From the IMG/VR virus record IMGVR_UViG_3300036760_000042, positions 1-59,943 of that record: 59,943 bases of DNA; one strand, 5' to 3'. The position numbers and the translations under genes are program-made. The notes below the pieces were generated by a model. That model was not told where the DNA came from, did no database searches, and saw only the letters and a list, made by a program, of their open reading frames with translations. Shown here piece after piece: positions 17,829 to 27,470 of the stretch; within the stretch, counting starts at the first letter, position 1, and each line of letters opens with the position of its first letter. The DNA comes from a virus (taxonomy: Duplodnaviria; Caudoviricetes).

Positions 17829-18800
17829 ATGCCCTTGAACAGTCTAAACCTAGCGACAGCTTTCACGGGAGGTCCGTACCGGGAAGACCTGATGGATGTG
17901 ATCAACATCATCAGCCCGACTGACACCCCGTGCTACACGATGTTCCGAAAGGTGGCGGTCTCGAACGTCCTCACCGAGTGGCTCACAGACAAGCTCGACG
18001 TCGCCGCGTCCAACGCGGTTGGCGAGGGTACGTCCGCTGTTGAGCAGGCGATGACGGCTCGCGTACGGCTCAGCAACGTCACTCAGATTTCCAGAGAATG
18101 CTACGACGTGTCAGACACCCTGCGTGCGATCAATGCCGCAGGCATCAGAGACGAGTTCCGGTACCAGATGGGCCGGGCGATGCGCCAGTGGAAGCGAGAT
18201 GTCGAGCACGACATCATCGCTGGCAGCGCACTGACGAGCACCTCGGCGACCGCGCTTCGCTGTGCGCGGGGCCTGTACCGAACGCTCGTTCTGTTCGACT
18301 CGCTCACGGCGACAGCAGCCGCGAGCACGCTGAACGTGCAGGAAGACGAGATCAACGCTCGCCTGATGGCCGTGTGGACCAACGGTGGTCTGTGCGACTA
18401 CATCCTGTGCACTCCGCTCCAGAAGCGGGCGATCTCCAGCGGGTTCGCTGGCTCGGTGAACACTCGGCGCAACTCGCAGGTGTCCGAGAACACGGTGGTC
18501 AACGTGGTGGACTTCTACCTGTCCGACTTCGGGCAGGTGAAGGTCCTTCCGCATCGCTGGTTCACGAGCGCCGCTCCGTCGAGCACGAATCTTCAGACGT
18601 GTACGTTCCTGATCCAGTCGGACAAGTGGGTGCTCGGATTCCTCAGGCCACCCAAGAACGTCCCGCTGGCGAAGGTCGGCTCGTCTGAGAAGGCGATGGT
18701 CGAAGGCGAGTGGACACTCATCGGGTTGCATCCGTCTGCGAACTCGTTCCTTAGCGGACACGCTTCTGGGACGTACAACGACAGCTTCCCGCTCAACTAA
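17829..18800 (+). CDS. Major capsid protein (DUF5309/SU10-like)
   Basis: REDLMDVINIISPTDTP, EWLTDKL, NVTQI, KRDVE, VDFYLSDFG, LAKVGSSEK...GEWTL. Confidence 0.92.
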   Translation: MPLNSLNLATAFTGGPYREDLMDVINIISPTDTPCYTMFRKVAVSNVLTEWLTDKLDVAASNAVGEGTSAVEQAMTARVRLSNVTQISRECYDVSDTLRAINAAGIRDEFRYQMGRAMRQWKRDVEHDIIAGSALTSTSATALRCARGLYRTLVLFDSLTATAAASTLNVQEDEINARLMAVWTNGGLCDYILCTPLQKRAISSGFAGSVNTRRNSQVSENTVVNVVDFYLSDFGQVKVLPHRWFTSAAPSSTNLQTCTFLIQSDKWVLGFLRPPKNVPLAKVGSSEKAMVEGEWTLIGLHPSANSFLSGHASGTYNDSFPLN

Positions 18801-18807
18801 CACCTAT

Positions 18808-18847
18808 GACAGTGCCTGCGGCCCGCTTGTGGTCGTGGGCACTGTCT
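18808..18847 (+). terminator. Long stem-loop after the capsid gene (terminator or processing site)
   Basis: GACAGTGCC...GGCACTGTC with inner pairing; weak U tract. Confidence 0.5.
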
Positions 18848-18860
18848 TGAGGGCCATTCT

Positions 18861-19169
18861 ATGGGAATGAGTTACACGACAACGGCGATAACGACGACGG
18901 GGACTCAGGCAATAGTCGCTGCTGCAGCAGGCCGCTCAGTCATTGTCCACGGGTACAGCATAAGCATCGCTACCGCTGGGACAGCCACATGGAAAGACAG
19001 CGCTGCCGTCGCGATATCGGGGGCCATGACGCTGGCTGTCGGGGTGGCGGCGGCAATGTCGACATCGTCAATCCCATGCCTAAGAACACCGGTTGGCACC
19101 GGGCTGAGTATTACTGCGACGGGTGGGGGGACGCTCGCCGGTCACGCTACATGGAGCTATGACGTCTGA
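18861..19169 (+). CDS. Small Ala/Thr/Ser-rich virion protein (possible capsid decoration)
   Basis: Position after the capsid gene; beta-rich composition. Confidence 0.55.
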   Translation: MGMSYTTTAITTTGTQAIVAAAAGRSVIVHGYSISIATAGTATWKDSAAVAISGAMTLAVGVAAAMSTSSIPCLRTPVGTGLSITATGGGTLAGHATWSYDV

Positions 19170-19729
19170 TGGGATCTCTCCTGTTTGCTCCGATCTCCGC
19201 CGTGGCCGTCGGTGGTGCGGTAGAGATCGCGCCGCGCACTAGGCGCGGGACCACGGTAGCCACTGGATTCGCTGCCCAGCTATCACCGCAAGTCCCGACG
19301 GTAACTGGCCCAGATTTCGGAGACATCGTAGCCGGGGACATTGTGTATTACGACATCGCGGCGGTGGCCCCGTCGCTAGCCACCAAGTACACGGTGGTTT
19401 CTACCGTCGGGGAGAACCTGACGTTGTCGTGGTCCGACGCCCCAGCATCGCGCACCGTTGTGGCAGGGAAGATTTTCAGCCCGGGCAATCATTCTCTCGG
19501 CGTCCTCAAGGTGCTGGGATATCAGGTGTCGACGACGCTGGACACAGGGACGGTCGCGTTTGCATCCGGCGTAACCGCGCTCACCGGGGCAAAGACCCTG
19601 TTGGCAGGCCGACCGGACTCGGTCTCGGTCGGGACGGTCCCGGTCTGCACATCGCTGCCAAATCAGATGCTCTACGTGCTGACGACGACTGCCGGGACAT
19701 TGAGCGGGTTTGCGGTCACGTCATCCTAA
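19169..19729 (+). CDS. Putative virion structural protein, related to the upstream gene
   Basis: VLGYQVS...ALTGAKTLLAG...GTLSG resembles VHGYSIS...AISGAMTLAVG...GTLAG. Confidence 0.55.
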   Translation: MGSLLFAPISAVAVGGAVEIAPRTRRGTTVATGFAAQLSPQVPTVTGPDFGDIVAGDIVYYDIAAVAPSLATKYTVVSTVGENLTLSWSDAPASRTVVAGKIFSPGNHSLGVLKVLGYQVSTTLDTGTVAFASGVTALTGAKTLLAGRPDSVSVGTVPVCTSLPNQMLYVLTTTAGTLSGFAVTSS

Positions 19730-19750
19730 CGGATTGAGGGGGAGGCAGTC

Positions 19751-20344
19751 ATGTCGGAAGACGGAAAGAACTACAGCCCATCGTACTTGGCCGAGATGAA
19801 CGTCGGTCGGAAGTGGCTACTCAATACTCCAGACGGGAGGATGGCCACGGATCACCTCAGGCGGTCGTTCGGGAAGATGGCCGATGACGCTCTGAGCGAC
19901 GGCAAGTGGGTCCCGTGGGATGACATCGTGAAAGAGTACCGGGGCGGGGTGATGCTCGCGGCCTCGAACAAAGAGGCCCGAGAAGCGTTTGAACTCGCCC
20001 GGCATTCGACAACAGCCCTTGGCTCGCCGTTGCCGGGCAAGAGCAGGCTGATGCGCTTCTTCAGCCCCCCGCAGGGCTACGTGTTCCGAAGGATCACGGA
20101 GTCAGGGGACGCCAAGTATTGGGAGACGCCCATCAACGTGATGCGCGAGGCGCTCAGGGAAGAAAACGCCGCGTACCTGTGCGTCCCTCGCTGGGTGATT
20201 GCCGCGCACCTCGAATCTCTCTTGCCACGTAATCCGAAGTCCACTCGTGACGAAGCTCAGGCGGCAGGGAACCTGCTCATCATGCCAGAGAACACATCGA
20301 CAGTCGTGTCGGACTTCGACACGGCGACACCCACCATTACCTAA
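19751..20344 (+). CDS. Hypothetical protein
   Basis: GGAGG RBS. Confidence 0.7.
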   Translation: MSEDGKNYSPSYLAEMNVGRKWLLNTPDGRMATDHLRRSFGKMADDALSDGKWVPWDDIVKEYRGGVMLAASNKEAREAFELARHSTTALGSPLPGKSRLMRFFSPPQGYVFRRITESGDAKYWETPINVMREALREENAAYLCVPRWVIAAHLESLLPRNPKSTRDEAQAAGNLLIMPENTSTVVSDFDTATPTIT

Positions 20345-20361
20345 GAAACCAAGGAGAAACC

Positions 20362-20685
20362 ATGGATGTTCTAGGAGCACTGAAGGTCGGCGGTGGCGTA
20401 GCGTCAGAGGTCAAGAGCATCGTCTGGGCTAGCACGACGATTGACATCTCCGCTAGCATTGCCCCAACAGCACAGAGTTCGTACAGCGCAGTCGCCGTTG
20501 GGTTCAGGACGAATCACAACGTGATGGCTGAGTGGGGGTCAGCCACCACCTCCGCGAAGGGCGCTGTCTTCCACGGGGCCGCGTGTCTTACCGCCGACAC
20601 TGTCACCCTGACCTGCTACAACCCCGCCTCCTTCATTTGCAGTGGCTCCGCGGCGGAACCCGTCCTCGTCGTTGGGTGGCGGTAG
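20362..20685 (+). CDS. Putative small virion protein
   Basis: AAGGAG RBS; Ser/Ala/Val-rich; ADTVTLTCYN motif. Confidence 0.6.
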   Translation: MDVLGALKVGGGVASEVKSIVWASTTIDISASIAPTAQSSYSAVAVGFRTNHNVMAEWGSATTSAKGAVFHGAACLTADTVTLTCYNPASFICSGSAAEPVLVVGWR

Positions 20686-20686
20686 T

Positions 20687-22762
20687 ATGCAGAGAACGCT
20701 TTCGGTCATCATCCCCACCCGAGGCAAGCTGGATCTGGTGCAGCGCGGACTTCGTGCACTCATCGCGCACGTTCCTGACGGCGTTGTGCTGGATACGGTG
20801 CTAGTTGAGCACGGAGGAACCCTCTGCCAGAACCTTGGCACCTCGGATGGGTTTGCAAGGGCGAACATCAAATGGATAGCTGCGCCCGAGACAGCCTCGT
20901 ACTCTGAGATGAATAATCTGGGCGTGGCGGCGGCAGAGGCCGGGACCCCACTGCTGTTCATGAACAACGATGTCGTCCCGCAGGCTGGATGTGTTGCCGC
21001 GATGCTCGCAGTGCTTGACGCGCACGCGGACGTTGGGGTCGCGGGGGCAAAGCTCCTGCACAATGACGGCACTATCCAGCATCTCGGCGTGGCGTTCGGG
21101 ATAGACGGGGTCCCTCATCACGTGGGCTGGGGGCGCGACCCCGAGACGTTCGCGCCAGCGACACGGAACGATTACTACGACTGCGTTACCTTCGCGCTCG
21201 CCTTGGTTCGCCGCGAGGTATGGGACGACGTCGGTGGCCTGTGTCCGGAGTACTTCTTCAACTACGAAGACATCGACTTCTGCCTCTCGGCGCGAGAGAA
21301 GGGGTGGCGGTGCTATGTCGATATGGCCGCGACTGCACTGCACGATGAGGGTGCCTCCGCGTCTGACAGAAACACCAAGGACCACGGCCAGCGCCGCAAC
21401 TGGGATGTCTTGGTGAAGCGCTGGGTGACCGGTGGTCGGATCAAGAAGGCTCTCGGGCTACCGTTATCGGGCAGGATGTTCTCGCATCAGGCGTCCGCGT
21501 CCTACAACGTGGCTTTCCTCCCATGGGTGCGTGGCGGTGGAGTAACCGAGTGGCGGCTTGAGGCCCCTGCCAGAAAAATCGCAAAGAAGAAGCTCATGAA
21601 TACAGTGCTGGTCTACGGAGACATGCCATCGGCTCAGGTCATCGAGACGCTGGCATCTGCGCATGTCGCCGTGATGCACGGGTTCACGGATGACTGGATT
21701 TCGGCTATCGCTAAGGACAAGTCGGGTCGCCCGTTCGCGATGGTGTACGACTACGATGACCACCCGCTCCACATCAGCCCGTATGCTCAGGCGTACGCCT
21801 CGTTCGGAACCAAAGAGATTTACATGGTGGACACGGTTACCGGGGATAGGGAGTGGCTGTGGCGCGACGGGCAGAACCGGCTCGACCTGCAAAGAAACCG
21901 GGTGCGGTTGGAAAAGCAGATGTCGATCTTGGCAAACGTGGACTGCGTTACAACGTCAACGGCCCCACTCGCCGGATTTTTCAAGACCCTGAACGCCAAC
22001 GTGAAGGTCCTGCCGAACGCCATAGACTTCGACCTCTATAGGGACTGGAACGTCCTGTGGGAGAGGAAGACGTCTGGCCGTATTCGCATTGGGTGGCATG
22101 GAGGGGACAACCATTGGCATGACATAAGCCAGATTGGCCCCGCACTGACGGCCTACGTCAACGCCCACGATGTCGAGTTGGTTCTGTTCGGAGCGTTCTA
22201 CCGGGGGCCTTTCAAGGGCATCGACGAGAGCAAGGTTGTCGAGGAGGACTGGGTTCACATTCAGGCGTTCCCGCACAAGCTCGCCGCCCTTGGGATCGAC
22301 ATCGCGGTGGTCCCTCTGGCCAATCCGGATGATCAGTTCATGGAGTTCAACCGGCACAAGAGCGGGATCAAGTACTTGGAGTACGCAGCGCTGCGGATTC
22401 CATCTCTGGTTGCAGGTGGCCGCGATGCGTACGATATGTGCGTGAATGGCTCCAATGCGCTCACCTACGACTCCGACGAAGAGTTCGAGGCCCAGCTAGA
22501 CCGGCTGGTCAGAGATTCAAAGCTCAGGAAGTCCATCGGGTCGGCGGCATTTGACTACGTCAAGGAGTTCCACGACCTCGACAAGAACATCTACGAGTGG
22601 TGCGACCTCTACTCGTCGCTTGCGGAGACATCTGCGGCCAGCCGCATCGAGCAGGAGGCGTTGCTGTCGGAGCCGAAGGACCTCGACCTGCGGGGCGCTT
22701 CCAGTAACGCCGCCGGAGAAGGCGCAATCGTGATCCCGTTCCCGTCGCAGGCAGCCGTCTGA
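20687..22762 (+). CDS. Bifunctional glycosyltransferase (GT2 plus GT-B/GT4-like)
   Basis: SVIIPT, LLFMNNDV, YEDIDFCL (GT2); YDYDDH, IGWHGG, KSGIKYLEY (GT-B). Confidence 0.9.
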   Translation: MQRTLSVIIPTRGKLDLVQRGLRALIAHVPDGVVLDTVLVEHGGTLCQNLGTSDGFARANIKWIAAPETASYSEMNNLGVAAAEAGTPLLFMNNDVVPQAGCVAAMLAVLDAHADVGVAGAKLLHNDGTIQHLGVAFGIDGVPHHVGWGRDPETFAPATRNDYYDCVTFALALVRREVWDDVGGLCPEYFFNYEDIDFCLSAREKGWRCYVDMAATALHDEGASASDRNTKDHGQRRNWDVLVKRWVTGGRIKKALGLPLSGRMFSHQASASYNVAFLPWVRGGGVTEWRLEAPARKIAKKKLMNTVLVYGDMPSAQVIETLASAHVAVMHGFTDDWISAIAKDKSGRPFAMVYDYDDHPLHISPYAQAYASFGTKEIYMVDTVTGDREWLWRDGQNRLDLQRNRVRLEKQMSILANVDCVTTSTAPLAGFFKTLNANVKVLPNAIDFDLYRDWNVLWERKTSGRIRIGWHGGDNHWHDISQIGPALTAYVNAHDVELVLFGAFYRGPFKGIDESKVVEEDWVHIQAFPHKLAALGIDIAVVPLANPDDQFMEFNRHKSGIKYLEYAALRIPSLVAGGRDAYDMCVNGSNALTYDSDEEFEAQLDRLVRDSKLRKSIGSAAFDYVKEFHDLDKNIYEWCDLYSSLAETSAASRIEQEALLSEPKDLDLRGASSNAAGEGAIVIPFPSQAAV

Positions 22763-22771
22763 GGTGGACTG

Positions 22772-23527
22772 ATGGCGCTTATTATCACGACGACACCGAC
22801 TACCACCCCGGCTGGGAATCACGTCACCCTCGGCCAGATGGTTTCAGACGTGGCCGAATGGTATGGGTTCTCCGGAGACAACGAGCGAGAGGGTCTGTGC
22901 CGTCGTGCAATTCAGGGCGCAGTCCACGATCTGAACCGCAAGCGCCTCTGGCGTTTCAATCTGATAGAAGCGGCCAGCTTCAATACCGTGGTCGGTACGG
23001 CGACGTATTCGCTCACTACGATTGCGCCGCAACTCTGGCGCGTTTACAACCTGCGCAATTCATCGGCACCGGACTACACGCTGATGGGGACGCAGCAGGG
23101 CACATACGACATGATGTTCCAGAGCCAGTCGGGCGTCACGGGCGCGCCCTTTGCCAGAGTTGACTTCAACATCTACCGAGACAGCACGATAAAGATCCAG
23201 CCAGCGCCGGATGGCGTGTACTCGATGACGCTACGCTACTTCAAGGTCATCGACACGCCGACCGACGATACGGCGGGGCTTGACCTGCCTCAGCCCTATC
23301 AGACGATCCCGAAGTATCAGGCCCTTTACCACATGGGACTCTACGTCGGATCAAGGGAGGCCGACCGATGGAAGGGCGAGTACGAGCAGGGCGTCAAGGA
23401 CATGGAGATGATGGACGACGACACAGGTGACGAAATCCTCCGGTTCTACAACGTAGAAGAAGTGATGAGTAACGCCGCGCAATACGGGAATCTATCAAGC
23501 AGGCCAAGATACCTCGACTTCTACTAG
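22772..23527 (+). CDS. Head-tail adaptor / tail tubular protein A
   Basis: FNTVVGTATYSL and IKIQPAPDGVYSMTLRY motifs; position. Confidence 0.7.
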   Translation: MALIITTTPTTTPAGNHVTLGQMVSDVAEWYGFSGDNEREGLCRRAIQGAVHDLNRKRLWRFNLIEAASFNTVVGTATYSLTTIAPQLWRVYNLRNSSAPDYTLMGTQQGTYDMMFQSQSGVTGAPFARVDFNIYRDSTIKIQPAPDGVYSMTLRYFKVIDTPTDDTAGLDLPQPYQTIPKYQALYHMGLYVGSREADRWKGEYEQGVKDMEMMDDDTGDEILRFYNVEEVMSNAAQYGNLSSRPRYLDFY

Positions 23528-23536
23528 GAGCATCAA

Positions 23537-25465
23537 GTGGCAACGCCGACACCGAAGCTGGGCAGATTCCGTCAGGAGATTCTCGAACCAGACGGGGACA
23601 TAGTTGCGACAGCGACCGTCCGGCGTAATCCTGCTGGCGCGTACCTGCTTGACGATGCCGCACCAACGAACACCGTGAGCGTCTATGACATCGGAGCGAT
23701 CCGGGTCCCTACGGCTGTCGAGATCGCTGGCGGCACGCAGCAGATACTCAAGATCGTCGACATCACCGGGATAGAGCGCTCTGACACGTGGACGGTGTCT
23801 GCGGTCAACGTGACGGCGACTCCTCCGACCGTGACGCTTGGTGGCGTGGCCCCTGCTGCTATCACAGGTAGCGGGAACAAGCACCCACGGCTTGTCATTG
23901 TAAGCCCGATCCCGACTACCTATGGAGACCCGACCGGCATAGCTACCGGAAGCAATCCAGCCACCAGCGACGGGACGAGCGGCGGGACTTCTGGAATTGT
24001 TGCCGACTACCTGCGTGCCGGGGCGTATGACGTGAAGGTGCTCTCGACCGACGCCACGTACATCTACTACTACGACATCATCGTCCCTCTCGTAACAGGT
24101 GGCCTTGCGTTCGATGTCACGGACGTACGCTTCGGGGCCAAGGGCGACAACAGCGCCAATGACGGGCCTGCAATCAACAAGGCGCTTGTAGAAGCCGGAA
24201 GGACTGCGACAGCAACGAACACCGGGGCTGTGGTTTGGCTGCCACCTGGGCTCTATCTGACAACGGAATCAATCGAGGTCCCAGACAACGTCGACCTCGT
24301 AGGGCAGTCCATGCACTCTGCAATCATCAAGGCCCAGACCGGCGTGACCAGTTATCTCGTGCGAGTTGGCGGGGCTTCTGGTGTAGCCAGAGGGTGCAGG
24401 GTCCACGGGGTCTACCTTGACGCCACAGCCGTTTCTGGGATTATTGGCCTGACAGTGCCGTCGGCCCCGAACATCAACACCGTGATTCGTCACTGCGGCA
24501 TAAGCACAACCTCCAACCACGCGATCTCGATGGGCAGCACTACTGCCGGTGCTGACTGGACCATCTCCGACTGCCTCCTGACAGCGACCGGGGCCTTCTC
24601 TGCCGTCCTGACCAACGGAGATATGAACTTCACCGTCAGGGAGTGTCTGATGTCCAACGCCGGGTCAGCCGTGGCGGCGGGGATGGTTGCCGTTGTTGGT
24701 GGCAGCGGAACGTGCCTGAGTGTTGAGGGTTCAGGATGGGCAGACCTGTTCAAACTCACCAGTGCCGCTGTCGTGAATGTTATCGGGTGCCGTTACACCA
24801 CAGGCGGCACTTCCACAACCAACGTCGTCAACATCGCCACTGGGTGTTACGCCAATGTCATCGGGTGCCTCAAGGGCGCGGCCACCAACCTCGTCATGAA
24901 CAATGCAACCCCATCCACGGACGCCAACGGCTTTTACCTGATGGGTGTGAGCGGGGCCATCCTGTCGTCGCTGACATCTCTCGTTGCAACAACCCCGATC
25001 CCGCAGACGTTCTCTGGCGGGCTGACTTCGAGCGGGACAACAACGCTCGCTGTTGTCAACGCTTCCGGGCTGGTTACTCTCAGCGGGGGCGTAACCTCGG
25101 CTGCTCTGCAGCCAGCCATAGTTAATCGGCTGCTTTCCCCATCAGAGAGCGTAGTCGCCGCGGCGACCATCAGCGTAACAAAGAACACCGTGCTCTTGAC
25201 TGGGGCTGCGCCGATAACCATATCGACGATCCAGATTGACGCCGGAGCGCCGACCTCGGCCCATGACGGATACCAAGTGATGTTCGTGAACGCCGGGTCT
25301 GCCACGTTCAGTTTCGATCAGACTGGGAACATCCTTGTGTCTGGTGGGGCTGGCGACACCGACATTACATCCGGTGCCACAACGCCGCAGACTGCCACGT
25401 TCAGGTATCTGCACAACCTGACGGGGTCGAAGTGGCTGCAGGTCGCGCCGAAGGCCGCGCACTAG
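23537..25465 (+). CDS. Tailspike with a pectate-lyase-like beta-helix
   Basis: DVTDVRFGAKGD...AINKAL...VWLPPGLY. Confidence 0.8.
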   Translation: MATPTPKLGRFRQEILEPDGDIVATATVRRNPAGAYLLDDAAPTNTVSVYDIGAIRVPTAVEIAGGTQQILKIVDITGIERSDTWTVSAVNVTATPPTVTLGGVAPAAITGSGNKHPRLVIVSPIPTTYGDPTGIATGSNPATSDGTSGGTSGIVADYLRAGAYDVKVLSTDATYIYYYDIIVPLVTGGLAFDVTDVRFGAKGDNSANDGPAINKALVEAGRTATATNTGAVVWLPPGLYLTTESIEVPDNVDLVGQSMHSAIIKAQTGVTSYLVRVGGASGVARGCRVHGVYLDATAVSGIIGLTVPSAPNINTVIRHCGISTTSNHAISMGSTTAGADWTISDCLLTATGAFSAVLTNGDMNFTVRECLMSNAGSAVAAGMVAVVGGSGTCLSVEGSGWADLFKLTSAAVVNVIGCRYTTGGTSTTNVVNIATGCYANVIGCLKGAATNLVMNNATPSTDANGFYLMGVSGAILSSLTSLVATTPIPQTFSGGLTSSGTTTLAVVNASGLVTLSGGVTSAALQPAIVNRLLSPSESVVAAATISVTKNTVLLTGAAPITISTIQIDAGAPTSAHDGYQVMFVNAGSATFSFDQTGNILVSGGAGDTDITSGATTPQTATFRYLHNLTGSKWLQVAPKAAH

Positions 25466-25469
25466 CGTC

Positions 25470-27470
25470 ATGGCCACCCAAGCGCGGCCTCGTATCCCGC
25501 TGGACCAAGGACTCAACTTGGCCAGCCCCCATTCGGACATGAAGGCCGGGGAACTGAAGATCGCCCGCAACTACATGTACCTGCCGGGTACGACCTACCT
25601 CACGGCCCTGAGGGGGCGCAGAACCATCGCGACCATCGGCCTGCCTATCACAGGACTTGCGTGGGTTAAGTTCAGGTCTGGGACTGCCTACCTCGTGGCC
25701 TCTGCCGGGAGCGCATACTACGCGGCGACCGCTGACGGGGCCAGCGCGTTCTCGTCGGTCTCGACGCTCACGGCTGCCGCCGGAAAGATGCAGGGCTTCT
25801 ACTCGGACCACACCGACCGCGCCTACTTCATCGACGGCGCGAACCGCATGAGGGTGTGGACTGGTAGCGGCTCGATGCGGAACGCCGGACTGCAGACCCC
25901 TTCGTCGGGGACCGTCGCGTGGGCCGCTACAGGGACAAACTACCCGCAGGACAGCACGTTTTACTACGCGCACAGCGAGTACGACTCGACAAACGACATC
26001 GAAAGCCCACTGTGCACTCCTGCGCAGAGCGTTGCGACTGCGGACGACGGGTCGTTCCGGTACACGTTCCCTACGACCACCACGAACGGCTCCGACTTCG
26101 ACAAGTACCGCGTCTACAAGACCCAGCATGGCGGCAACGTCTTTTACCGCGTGGGGACAATCGCGAAGACGACGACTGTGTGGATTGACGGAACAGACGC
26201 TGCCGGTACCGGTACGCCGGTAGCTAACGCCGCCATCTTAGGCACAGGATTCACCACCATCGACGATGAGTTTCTCTCGACCAAGGAGTTCTCCCCTATG
26301 GTCGGGCAAGGCCTGAGGACGAATACGGTCACGGCCACAGGGCTTCCTCCGGTGGGGTCAATCGGAGGGTTTTTCCAAGGAGTGTTTTGGGTGTCTGGAG
26401 TTGCTGGGTATCCGCACCACGTCTACTGGAGCAATGAGTTCCAGCCAGAGACATTCAGTCCAGTGAACTTCATGCCCATCGGTAACGATTTCGGAGACCC
26501 GGTGACGGCGGGCGGTGTCTGCAACGACCGGCAGATTTTCTTCACGACCAACAGCATCTACCGGCTCAACGCATGGCCAAGCGTGGTTGACCCGGGGTTT
26601 GGCCTTGGCTCGGTGAGGCGCGAAGAGGTCACCAAAGACCACGGCTGCATCGCGAAGCGGTCGGTGACCAACTTCGGCGTCGGCCAGCCAAACAACCGAC
26701 TGTTCTACCTGTCAACTCGCGGCCCTATGGTTACGGATGGTTATGGGACGTGGCCTCTGCATGCAGACCTCGACTGGTCAAACCGCATCATCAACCCGGC
26801 CTATGCGAAGAATGCCGTCGCGGTAAACTACCCGAAGTACCAGCAGGTGTGGCTGTTCTGCCCGAGCAGGACCTCGACGACCAACGACATCGCGTTCATC
26901 TACCACTACGACTCCTCCCACATCAAGCACTCGGAGACAGTCGCGGTGGGCAAATGGATGGGACCGGCGCACGTCAGGTGCTCTGCCGCAGTGCTCGGCC
27001 TGGAAGAGAATACCGAAGGCGTGATGTACGTCGCCGACGCAGACGGGAGCGGGAAGATATATCAGGAAGACGACGGCGGGAGCGATGACCAACTGTACGA
27101 CGATGCTTCCGGTGGAATCTGGGCCGAGTGGGAGACTGGAGACTGGCCCCTTGGCGCAGAGAGCACCGAGAAGCGGGCGCGGCGTGTGTTCCTCAGCATC
27201 GTCGGGTCGGACGCATACAAGCCACGACTCTCATTTGCGAAGTCCAAAGCGACCAAGGAAGACCATGTTGCCCTGACGCTCATAACCGAGTCCGGGTCAG
27301 AAGAGATGGCTATTGGCAGGTCGAACTCAAAGCAGATGAAGACGCGCACGTACCGTGGCGGCATCTGGCGTACTGGGTCTCACATGCGATTCCACAGCAA
27401 CTATGTCGGCACCGGGGAGCACTCCGTGGCGACCATCGAGATCGAAGTCGAAGAGATGGGCGAGGCGTGA
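25470..27470 (+). CDS. Tail tubular protein B / head-stabilisation protein (beta-propeller)
   Basis: VYWSNEFQPETF, HGCIAKRSV, LFYLSTRG; size and position. Confidence 0.75.
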   Translation: MATQARPRIPLDQGLNLASPHSDMKAGELKIARNYMYLPGTTYLTALRGRRTIATIGLPITGLAWVKFRSGTAYLVASAGSAYYAATADGASAFSSVSTLTAAAGKMQGFYSDHTDRAYFIDGANRMRVWTGSGSMRNAGLQTPSSGTVAWAATGTNYPQDSTFYYAHSEYDSTNDIESPLCTPAQSVATADDGSFRYTFPTTTTNGSDFDKYRVYKTQHGGNVFYRVGTIAKTTTVWIDGTDAAGTGTPVANAAILGTGFTTIDDEFLSTKEFSPMVGQGLRTNTVTATGLPPVGSIGGFFQGVFWVSGVAGYPHHVYWSNEFQPETFSPVNFMPIGNDFGDPVTAGGVCNDRQIFFTTNSIYRLNAWPSVVDPGFGLGSVRREEVTKDHGCIAKRSVTNFGVGQPNNRLFYLSTRGPMVTDGYGTWPLHADLDWSNRIINPAYAKNAVAVNYPKYQQVWLFCPSRTSTTNDIAFIYHYDSSHIKHSETVAVGKWMGPAHVRCSAAVLGLEENTEGVMYVADADGSGKIYQEDDGGSDDQLYDDASGGIWAEWETGDWPLGAESTEKRARRVFLSIVGSDAYKPRLSFAKSKATKEDHVALTLITESGSEEMAIGRSNSKQMKTRTYRGGIWRTGSHMRFHSNYVGTGEHSVATIEIEVEEMGEA

